The notes below the pieces were generated by a model that was not told the origin of the DNA, did no database searches, and saw only the letters and a list, made by a program, of their open reading frames with translations. The position numbers and the translations under genes were made by a program. Of a stretch of DNA of 64,000 bases, positions 14,801 through 27,300 are shown piece after piece (within the stretch, counting starts at the first letter, position 1; each line of letters opens with the position of its first letter). Location of the stretch: NCBI RefSeq assembly GCF_000150275.1, contig NW_002060948.1, forward strand, positions 2,348,180-2,412,179, read 5' to 3'. The DNA is from Trichoplax adhaerens (Eukaryota; Animalia; Placozoa).

Positions 14801-16936
14801 GCTACTGATAAACTTTCATGCTCGACTTTATATTAGTAGCCTACTAACTGATAATTTTCTTACGGAAAATGATTTGTTGAATTTATTTAATTGCAGAGTA
14901 GATTAGTTTTCCTCGATTGAAATATAAATATATCTATTTTAACTGCCTTTGTTATCAGAGTTGATTTAGCAAACTTGCAGCCAATACCTTCTGCAAATAA
15001 TGATTTAAAGATTTTGCATAATTAATGACTTGCATTAGCCAATTACTCTAGAAATTAATGCAAATATAAGTGGCATAATTATAGTAAAATGAATATTCTA
15101 TAATCAGACTAGCAGCAGCCATTATACTCATTGTCTATAATTAGTGAAGTGATTTATAAACCATTTGCAATTAAATAACTGTACAATCTTAAAATTTGAT
15201 ACAAATTAATATAACATGCTATAATTACCGGTAATATAATCCATTGTACGATATATGGAATCATAATTAATTTAAGAAACGCTATTTCTATTTCTGTGCA
15301 AGGAAATGCTTGACGATAAAATAATTCTGTTCTTCAATTATAAGATTTTATTATGACTTTAAATTTATACTTGAAAGACTTATTGTAAGAAAATGGGATA
15401 AAAGACAATTAGAAAATTAAATCTAATACATAAGATTATTAAGATTGACGAATCGATCTTAGTAACTTCTTTGGAGAATGTTCACACTGAGAGATATGTT
15501 TAAAGGATCAGATTACACCTGTAATAATCATGATCAAGTCAAGCAATTATATACGTCAAGAATAAAAAGAAGAATTTAAAGACAATTCTTTTTAAAAATT
15601 TGTCAATTATTACTTGATAAAAGAATAAGTACTTTAATATGTTATCCTGCTATAGACTTATTGTTACAAAATTAGGTAATTTATGAAGATAGTTTAGTAT
15701 GTTGCAAGTTTTTAATGTTCTGGTAATAGCTTTCACTTATTGAAGAGATAATTAATGTGTAAGTAATCTTCCAAAATGTGGAACTTAGAAATAGGTTACA
15801 GTCATGTAGAATAAATACAATGTTTACAGCAATAAGTTAAAATATTTCAATCGGGTTATTATTTAATTATACTTTAACAGAAAAAATTAGTTCATTGCGA
15901 GCAAAACTAACTTGGTTGAGGATATTTTAAATTTATAAGTGTTACAACGAGAAGACAAAATTGTATTACTAGTTTGATTTACATAAACGAAACTCGTAAA
16001 GGATAAAATTTAAATATTTCAATCAGAAAATAATTTATTTCCTCTCTAAAGGTCGAATAAATAGATAATCGAGAGTTACACAATACGATAATTGTTATTC
16101 TATGAGCTAAGTAAATGTATTGAAATAAAGAAAATAATTTTCGGCATCGTTTATTCTCATCAACTATATTGAGGACTATTTAATATTTTTTGACTGAGCT
16201 GTACAGATATTCAGTAAAAACATGCGTATATACAATGATATAAAACGAAGTAGCAAAGATAGCAAACTACAAATGTCACGTTTGGATTTTCATACTTGTC
16301 AACTGTATCAGTGTTATGTACTGTATTAGAGTACAAATATCTATGTTAGGATAATTCTGTTAGCCTATCCTTATTTAGTTAACTTCTAATTTGGATATAC
16401 TGTGTTTTAATATAGCACTGACTTTTTATGACAGTGACACTTATACACATACTGAAATTAATAGTTATAATAGGGAATGCTAATCATCTACTTACAGTTC
16501 AAATCATTGTGATTGTAATTTACTTATGGTAGATTGTAAATTATCATGGAAATGTTCCGTGATAGGACATATCGTAATCTGACTATTCTGTATTAGTCAT
16601 TACATGTCTATGTTCGTAAATACTGTTGTCTACATTAAGGGAGCAGTAGCTATAATTAATATCTAGTTCAGTAAATGATTCCGATGTTAATTGTATTAAA
16701 TATGACTCATGAACTATTGAGGAATAGTATATCAATGCAGTATATCGTGAAATAAAGTAGATTCTCAAACTTAGTGTTTAATGTAAAATACGAGGCGTCT
16801 AAGTCTTTGTGTAGTCTGCTAGTAGAGCAAAAGTGTTTCTGATAGTGCAGACATCGTTCTTTGATACGTGGTTCAAGGAATTGACTTATTGATCGTACAT
16901 TACGTTATCTTGTTGCAAAGCTGTTTTGTGGCATTA

Positions 16937-17376
16937 TGTCACGGTACGAACTACCGTGAAGAAATAGTTATCTAAATTTGGTAAATATAATATAGTGATA
17001 TCATATTATAACTAGTTACTTACAATACGAATTACTCTAATTATAAATGTGTTACAGTAAATTTAATGCTGTGCTGTAATGTGCACTGAAATGATTCTGT
17101 GAATGGACATATTGTAGTCCGACTGTGAAAAATTAGTTAGTAGATGTTCTCACCTAAGTATTTTTATAAGATAACTCATGAATGTTAGCTGCTGTAGAAG
17201 GGTATATAAGCCCGTCAGATAGTTGAATAAAGTAGTTCTCAATTGTATAGTTGTTTTAACTAGAATCAAAGGCGTCTAAATTCTTGTGAGGTAGTTAAGT
17301 GATACTGAATCCCGGAGACTATAGTAATTTAGAGGTTTGTTTTACGTTATCCTTGTCATGAAGCTGGTTTGTGACA
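16937..17376 (+). mobile_element. Solo LTR of an LTR retrotransposon, copy 1
   Basis: 440 bp with TGTCAC...GTGACA termini and an internal TATATAAG followed by AATAAA. Near-identical to the copies at 36377 and 45664. No clean TSD (catta/acata). Confidence 0.85.
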
Positions 17377-20300
17377 ACATATCAACATAACAAATACTAG
17401 CTCTATTTCTGCCACTTTGTCGTTAATCCATAATTTTAGATTAGGCAACTTCCTGCTAAAGATAATGGCCCATAAATATACATTTATTATTCGTAGTCAT
17501 TAATGTATCACTGATGTACTTTTATACTGCAATTTTTGTCTCTCTCTACTAGTAGAAAACGCTATTTACTGCAATAAATTATGAGATTAATGCAATAATA
17601 GTATATAATCAATGTTATAGAAATGATAATTGATGTTATAAACAAGCCTGATATACGCATTACACAATTGAAGCATTACATCTGCGTTTTCGAGAGAATT
17701 TTTTTAAAGGTGATAATAAACTCAATAATTTACGTGAGCGATAATTGGAATAAGCCCTAACATGAGATCTTAGTTACTATTGCTGGCCAGAGATTTTTAA
17801 TTATGAACAAATATCAGACGCTATATGTTTCCTCCCATGGCAAATATTATGATGCATAATGATACAAGTAATGTTAGCATGAAAAAATTTTTCTTACTCT
17901 TTAATAATATAAAATTAAAGTCACATTAAGCTCACAAAATTACATGTATAGTAAGTAATACAAGCAGTATACCTGACTCAAATCTTTATATATAATTAAT
18001 CATAAAATTGTATTATGTCTTTAATTTTATCTTATTCTACAATAGCTATTATTACCGGAACTGAAAGAACATTCAAAGGAAGAGCAATTGTAGGAATAAG
18101 TGATCGTAAAGTAAAAGCTACCTTGATTTGCTTATTTTTTGTAGAATCGTAGTTATCATATTTCCCTTGCTAACACCTTTTTGGCACTTTTAGTTCGTAA
18201 ATATATAAACTAGTCTGTTATATCAAACTTCACTTCACATAGTAGTGATTACAATATAAAGTTTGTTTTAATAAGCTGTAAAAATTTTGTTCATGCTTTA
18301 TAATGTATTTTCACCTCTACTACAGATTTGTGCTTTTTAATTACTATGAGGTTGATGCTTCAGCAGTAATGCAAAACTAGTAAAGATGGCAATGAAATTT
18401 GGTAAATTGTTATTTTTATTACTGATGTCATAATTTTTGTTATTAAACACTAGTATTTTGACTAAATTAATTACTTGAAAATATTTTTAATTATTTTGAT
18501 TGTTCTTTTACGTTTGAGTGTTCCTTCATTTTTTACAAATATTTATTTTAAATCTAATTTCGTTGCTAAGTAAAGTATATCGCCTAATTTTGATGGATTA
18601 ATTCACAAATAAATCAATTCCTAAATTCTATGCATGTTGTTGTTTATGTTATATATTTACTGATAGATTATATCATGTGAGAGAGGAAACTTTGTCTCGC
18701 CCTTAAGAAAGGAGTGATATAGACTGGATTATGATTAGTTTATTAAATATTTAATACAATTGGACGTAATTTGAATACGATAAATATATCACTAAGAAAT
18801 TTTACTAAAACTTAAGGTATGGCATTGTAAGACTGCTTAACCTTTCATATTAGTACGTGCTGGATTTTTATACTGGTTGTAAATCAATGTTGATAAAAAT
18901 TAGGTATGATATAGGATCAGATATCTCTAGAGCGGAATGCTTTGGCTATATTAGCTATTACTGATAAATTGTGTAATAAATATTCCTGTAATTATGAAAT
19001 TGAAAATTTTTAGCTAAATAATTATGCAATAATAGTTATGATGACGCAAATCATAAAAATTTCGGTATTTTAATTGATTATAATGGCAACAATATCATAT
19101 GTATACTTGTATCCAGTATTCCAATAAAAGATATCTTTAAGCTTAAAGCTTGAAATATGGTATACTGCATGTACGCAGGTCAGAATCTCAGATCTTTCGC
19201 TTTCCTCTTGTAGTGGTTTTAGCTAATTACAGTAGTAATGTATTTTGCAGATGAATAAGTAATATGAAGTAAAACACTAAATGACGTAGAATAATTGATT
19301 GTTCTTAATTAAGTAATCAAAAACGCGGGCTGATACAACGGCTTTTATTTCAGCGCGATGACGAATAAGCTTTCTCTCATGGAAGGAATAAATTCATTTT
19401 TGAGTCAAGGTACCAACTGTCAAGCAGCCCCAAAATTGGTTAAAGATAAAAATTATAAGATTGTACGAAAATAGCTAAAGTTTTTCATACAATATAAATA
19501 TAAGCTTGATTGAGTCTCTATTTATTGAGGATATTCACAGCATGTATTGTAATCCTTCTACAACGGTGGTCATATTAGAACTTTTGTAATTGTATGTATA
19601 CGTTGTAGACAGGCCATTAAAAGTAGATAGTCTTTGGTATTATTAGAAGAACTACATCTTATGCGATAGAGTGAAATTTACCACTAACAACAGTTCTTGT
19701 TTTGATAGTTTGAAGATGCCGTATCACAACTACACATTAATGCGATGTCTTATATGAAAATTAAACTACGCGCTATGGTAGCGCATATTAATATTATGAA
19801 AATGAAATGTATCAAATAGAAAATTTGAATACTTATCCCCGTATTTTATATAATTATCGAATAGACATAAGTAGGCTAATTTCATATTTGGTTGGTACAC
19901 GCCAAATCGTAGAATTGTCAATAACGCGTCGATAAGACCAGTAAGTGTCGGTCTACAGGTCTAAAATTCGTGAGGTCCAGATAAGCTGACGAATCTTAGT
20001 TAAATGCAAGATATGAAATTTTGTTTTAATTATTCCTGAAAGATATCCAGAATATTATATGATCTATTTGTGAGTGGTAAAAGGAATTAAAGTCTCGTAA
20101 ATCACACAGTACATATAACTGCTAGTTAATCTAGCGTTCTAGGCCGCACATTGAAATAAGAGATTGCCCTGCATTCAAATGATCTCGTCATACATTTAAC
20201 TGACAGATGAATATCTCTAACAGCTCTAGCATTTTATTTTGCATACTGGAAATAGGATCGCATACTAAACTTTCATTTGTACAGTGAGGATTTTAAGCAA

Positions 20301-21929
20301 AATTTGTGTTATTCTCTCGATGCTAGTGGCTTTGCTTAAAAATTGCTGAGTGCAATTGAAGCTAATGTGGCAGATCCGAACCCAGCCTACTAGTAAAAAG
20401 GAAGACTATAGTTTGGCTTGTAGTGGTATTGTGTCTGTATTTTTAGACTGATTGCGAATAAGTTATAGATTGCCTTTTTTATTAACGCTAAAGCAATATT
20501 TAGATACGGAAAAGGATAGTTTAAATAGCTATGTTTTTTCTATTTTTGTCTTAATCAAATCCAAACATATTTATAAATTCTATTGTTTAGAGATTGAAAT
20601 ACTGATTCAGTTTATCCAGATTCTGGAACAGTTGAGTTATGAACTGAAATATACTCACTAAAAATTAACCTTAGAGTGACATGTAAGAATAAGAGTAATT
20701 ATTGTGTTTTAAAACATCAATTTTTAAATTTTATTGCTGCACTTATGGTATAGCTACAAATTTTGTTATACTCCCGTGCTCTTTTATATATTCTTAAAGA
20801 CCAAGTTCAATTGTCAGAATTGATTTGTAATTAAATAAAATGCAAGAATATGAATATTAATTAATGAATCACAAAGCCGAGTTCCTGATAAAGAATAGCA
20901 GATTGTAAACGTTTAAGAATGACCCAACTAAACAGCACTAGAAAATTTTGCAACCGTGGATATTATTTTAATCCATTACAACGCATCATAGCATTCTTCT
21001 ACATTTAGAGCATATGCCTCTTGGCGGGCTTTCTCTTGATATGCATAGAAATAGGTAAATACATTTAGCAGTAAAATTTACTATATTGAAATAAGGACGA
21101 TAAAATAACGAAATATTTTCATGCGTATGCCGAAAAGCTATGGTCATATCTCTTTTCGTTAAGCTTTCCTTCTATAAGAGATATCCAATCTTCAAAAAAT
21201 AAAATCTACTTCATTTCTGTAGTAGTCTGATACCGAAAACTAAAGTATTTGTTATCTTATGTTGAATTGGATGCTTAGATATTTAACGTAAAAGCTGATA
21301 AATTATGACATTTAATAGAAGAGTTTGTAAAAATTCGAACTTTATTTAATCACTGTACGAAATTGTTTATTCATTACAAAATAAAAAATTGAATTAATAG
21401 CAGATGAAATATCTGTTAATGCCATAGTAATTAGTCGAATGTCTGGATGTCTTTATGGCCAAACAGATCCTTCAGCTAAATTACTGTCACTAAAGCAAAA
21501 TTGACCAAGAAAATGACTACCTGTGTAAAGCTTACCCAAATCGAATAATACAAGAAAGAGAACTTTCATTATTAATTATCTTCTCACCCGATGCTACTCC
21601 TTTAATCTATAAATGTCAAGGGTCATACTTGTTTGCTGACTTTGTAATATGGACGTAAATTAGTTGGCATATGTACTTAATAAACATGTTACGATATTTT
21701 TATATGTACTGTACTTAAACATTTACGATAGCATTCAAGTCGGACTCCGTAGAATGATACGATTTTTTGGTTACAAATATGAAGTATTAAAAATAAAATG
21801 AGCAATAGTGCACTAACTAAGAATATATTTCGTCACTATGGACATTTTTGCTGTTAATCTTATATTAAATTGACTTGTAAAACTAAGCCTTTCTAATATG
21901 TTGAAATTAGTCAGTAAAAATATAATGTA

Positions 21930-23240
21930 TCATAAATAGAAAGAAAAGATACATTAGGTTGGTTTACACACGATGTGAAGGTTAATCAGAATTTTAGTAA
22001 GCACTGCTAAAGGTTTTATAGTATAGAGCAAAAGCATCAAATGCAAGATAATTTAAAAGACCAATTTTTACTAGTAACATAAGCAACAATTTTCGAAGAT
22101 AAATTGCGGATTGTATCTCTAGTTAATTAAAATAAAACTCATCAGAGAGTAGAAAAAGAATGCGATACTTCGCTAAGAAGATAAAATTTACATCATTCAC
22201 ATAACCTCAACAATACTGATCTAAATATAATTTCTACTATACAAAATAGGAATCGAAACCATCTGACTTTTTTTTGCTTTAGAAGCCACCATTGCAAGCT
22301 TATGGCTGTGTTGCATATTTAATAATGTAGTTGAACTGATACAAATTGAAAGCTGTATTCCAATAATTACGAAGGATATAATTGTGGATATAGTGGCTGG
22401 CCAGAAATGGATATTCTCCCAAATGATACTCGGTATATCCAGATAGTGGACAATTTGTAAAGTAGATGGATCGATTGTATAGTGAGCGCTATCAACCTAA
22501 CATAAAGAAAAGTCAGTAAAAGAGTAAGTATGATTTTAATTTATTAAATTAAAGTATTACAGTGTATTGAGAATTTAAAATTTCGTATATTGAATAAATA
22601 AAAATGGTTTTAAGTTGAGTAGCAGTAGTCCGAACAATTGCAAACGAAATTATTTTACATCAGACAACTAGAATTTATTTAGCCTAATTCAAGCAATGTA
22701 ATTTAAAGGATATTATTTTTAGAAGGAATGATAATAAACTAAATAATCTAAGATATACTTAAAAGAAATAATATATTAACGTATGATAGCGCGGTAGATA
22801 TTGCGATGGATATCGAGATCACATCGAAGTAATGCCTTGAATTATCCATGTTGATATCCAAAATGCGATGAGTATATAACGCTAATTAGCTAGCCTTTTA
22901 CGATGACATAGTGCATATGATTGAAGATACCGAACTCTTTGAACAGCCAAATATCTCTCAAATGCTAATAATTTAAAGTTAAAGCACACAATTACTGTGC
23001 AATCTACGGTTACCCTTTTATAAATGTTACATGGCTTATAGTGTTGATTTTTGGGTAATAAAACGTTCAGAATCAACATTAAAACAGAAATGATACAATT
23101 AACTTTACTAGCTAATACCACAAGCTGCAAAAGTTGAAAATGAATTTTAGCAAAGTTAGGGCGTCTTGGCATTAATTTGGCGAATGAAAGGAATGCTATT
23201 ATATTATCAATGAAACCAGTAGCACTAACGATAGTAGTTC
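21930..23240 (-). pseudogene. Decayed rhodopsin-class GPCR (spliced remnants)
   Basis: Minus-strand fragments: TM1-like TIVSATGFIDNIIAFL, TM3 FERYLAV followed by in-frame stops (RLAN*RYILIAFWISTWII..SM*), TM5-like FWPATISTIISFVIIGIQL, and TM7-like FTSCVNQ in a shifted frame. Confidence 0.6.
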
Positions 23241-24345
23241 ATGGCTCAGTAGCTTGTAAAAGTCGATTACGGCCAAAACAATCGATGTAGCAATTAAATA
23301 GAATAAAATAAAGATTATATATTAGTATTTCATAGTCTTCATGTTGCTAATAAAGTTTCAATACAGCAGTTAATATGAATAATTGATATCCGTGGGCAAC
23401 AGCTAGTCGTACCATAAATTATTTTTATACTGAATAGACATTTAGGCAAATATATATTACATTCATCAGCAATATTCATGTCAATGCTGCGATTAAACTG
23501 CATTCCAGTGCCATACTGTGGGCTCTTAACTTAATTGTGATGCTCACCGTGGCTTTTAAGCGGCCATAAAAGCTATAGATTTATTATATTGCAATAGAGA
23601 CGCGTATTCCAATTGCAAATTTTTAATTAAAATTTGAATATTTTTGTATCACGAATGTCTTTGCGAGCTAGACGATTTAGGCCTAACGGATTGCTTATAA
23701 TAAAACGCACTTTCAATATTTCGTATAGCACTATTCACTTAAGAGAATTATAAAAGAAAGGAAGAATGGAGCTATACGCGTATTATAGTATTTATATGTT
23801 TTCTTTGTCAAATTCGTAACAGTTTGTAATGTAAATGAAGATTTAATTGTTATTGTAGTACTTATAAGTATAGTATACTCTAGAAAACTTTAAGAAATTC
23901 AAAGCAACCGATTTAATCCCTTGGGTCCTTAACCGTCACGATTTACCAGAACTGATGTTAGGCTATGTTCAGATGGGAAAATAACGATAATTTTTCAATT
24001 CTTTAATCTGTTTTACAACGCCGATTTTAACCTTAATTCTATTACGCCGTTATCACTACCTTTTGCGATAATGGCAAGTTTTTCGATCCGTAGTTTAATT
24101 GCAACAGAGCCATGAAAATAATAATTTTTGTCATCATCTATATGGCGGATTAGATTTGGATAGAATATTAATCTAAAACATAGCATTTGGGTTTATTCGC
24201 TTGGACCGAAGCTAATAAAAAAGTTGCTATAGAAAATTAATTTCAACGTTAACTTATTCTCAAGAAAAAGGGTGTTAATCCATAATTGAATATACTATAC
24301 TATAATAGATATTCTATCACCAATCACTGCTATAAAACCTGTTAA

Positions 24346-27300
24346 ATGACAAGAATGGCTTCCGAAACTAAGTATTACCTGCTAAAATCAGAAGAGCATG
24401 AACAAACAGCAAGCAAGAAAAACGATCACCCTAGTGTCGATTATTTCTGTGTTCGTCAACAAGTTATACGAAAAGAAATCTGTTGCATGCTTGTTTGTAT
24501 GGCGATTTTTTCAATGGTTTTGATAGGGTTATTTATTACTGCTGCTATTCAGCATAGAAAATCGCAATTTATTCCATCTCAGAAAGATAATGAATCTGAG
24601 AATAATAGTATGATCTTATCACCGTCATCAGCTAAATCATTTCCTTATCATGGTTACAGATTACCACTCCATATTTATCCGAACTATTATGCAATTCATC
24701 TTCACCCAAAATATGATCAGTTAATCACTCATGGTAGCATGATCATTGTCGTGACTTGCCAAGAAAAAACTGATTTCATTATTTTACATAAGAAACAAAT
24801 AGTAATTAGTACTATTTCAATAAGCAGTGTTAACAACGGAAATGACAGTATTAAAGTGATTAAAACTGTAGAAAAATCTAAATATAACTTTTACTACCTT
24901 CAGTTAGAAGATTATTTACAACCTAATTATCAGTATATCATTCATATGAAATTTACTAGTTACATTAGAACTAAAATTCTGAATGGATTCTATCGATCTC
25001 ATTACAAGACCACTAATGGAACGACTAGGTTAGCCAATTTTAAGTCTAGTATTTAAAGATATGTTTTGTGAAGAATAGATTTGTAGTTAATGAAGGTAAT
25101 ATTAGAAATAATAAGTCTTGAAAGATTTCTTACTTACCTTAAGCTTTTTTACATATCATTTTATTTTGGTAAGACAGTCATAATAAAAGTTTCTGCCTGA
25201 GATGCTGAAATTAATTCACAGTTAAATTTTCCATTATCATTAGTTAAAATAATTCCAATTTAAGAACGGAGTCTTATCGGAAAGTCTTTACCTTGCGTAA
25301 TGATATTCATTTACTATCATATAATTCATATCCCACAGTATGGCAACTGGTGTTAATATAGTAATATTAAGATAGTATCAGTAGTATATACCAGTAGTAC
25401 AATTTAAGTAAAATTAATATTTATCAGTTTGGTGTACTGTAGCAATTAATGTACATACTAGATAAAATAGAATAGATATTGAATTCACTCAGTCTGTTTT
25501 CTTTTCAGTAATTTGAAACTGACTAATATATAAGAATGTAGTACATATAAAATTCAGTAAATTTTATCTCATCCTTAAACAGTTAATACAAGAAACGCAA
25601 TACTCATAATTTGACTGATTAGTAACTCTTTTTTCACTACAGTATAAACACAATATTTATATATAGCATCTGAAAGCTATTTTATTAAAATATAATTTAT
25701 CTTTGTTATATCTTCATTCTATGATAGATATTTTTATAGCACTCTCTTCGAGTCAACACACGCTAGAGCTGTATTTCCTTGCTTTGATGAACCTGTAATG
25801 AAAGCAATTTTTTCCATAAGTATTACTGTCCCAAATGGCTACTCTGCTCTCTCCAATACTCGTTTATATTTAACAAAAAGACTTTCTAATCAGAAAGTTT
25901 TCTATAAGTTTCGTCCTTCACCAAAAATGAGTGTATATTTAGTCGCACTTGTAGTGTCTGACTTTAAACATCTCGAAGGAAAGACTACTTCTAATATAAG
26001 TGTAAGTTAGCAATTTTTATACAATGAAATGATATGCCTAAGTAGATATTATCGGACTAATAAAATTCATTTTCTTCGCTTTAGAACCATAACATATAAT
26101 TCTTGTCAATGCTATCTATATTTTTGTCATCTAGATAAATAATAGTGTAATTGTATCCCATAAATTATCTCCTATTCATTCTATAATCAGGTTCGAACAT
26201 GGGCAAATCCGCGCCTTTGTCAACATACAAAATACTCATTGAATATCGCCATAAAAATTATACCATTCTACGAAAGAATTTATGGTATTGCTTATCCTTT
26301 ATCTAAGATGGGTAATTATCAATTGAAGATGATCTGTTTGATATATCGATTCTTTCCTATTCAAAATCTTACCTGTGACGATAACATAAATAGATAGATT
26401 GAGAAATGAATTGATATAACTCTTTTATACGAGCAGATATGGTCGTAGTACCCCAGTTCGCTGATGGAGCCATGGAAAATTGGGGATTAATTACTTACAG
26501 AGAGACATCGATGATATATAATAAACTCACTGATGCATTGCATACTAAGCAGATAGTTGCACTCACTGTTGCACACGAAATAGCCCATCAGGTGTGTAGC
26601 ATGAAGTTGCAAAAGGAACAATAAAGATAATATTACAGATATTATATACACTTAAGTTTAATATTAAGAAAGAGCTCAGTCTTTATTCATATTTAAAGAA
26701 TGATATATTAGTCATTAGAACTTGACTAAATGCAATTTAATGGTTATAGTGGAAGTTAGCATATTAATTATAGTAATTTTATTAGTGGTTTGGAGACTTA
26801 GTAACGATGAGATGGTGGAACGATGTCTGGTTAAATGAAGGTTTCGCTTCCTATATGGAAAATGTTGGTGCAAATTTTGTTGCTCCGGAATTGAAATTGG
26901 TATAATGATGATTAAAATTGTTTTGTGAATTAGTTGACTAATTTAAACTATTATATCGAAATATGAATTACTTTACTCAGATGAATTATAGTATAATTTT
27001 TTTGAATGACTAGATGAAGCAGTTTCTGTTTACCAATTATGCTCCGGCACAAGATCAAGATGCCCTACCTACAATTCACCCTATTGTAACACATGCAGCA
27101 ACAGCTGATCAAATCGATTACTTATTTGACGATATTTCTTACCTAAAGGTACGGCAAAGTAATTCTACTTTTCATGAAATGCGTCCTATACCCCATTATT
27201 ACAGAAATAAAGCATAAATTACCATAGTTTCAAGAAAGAAATGCTTCTAAAATTAACATGATTCATTATATGTGAAATAGGGAGGCTGCATTCTTCGAAT

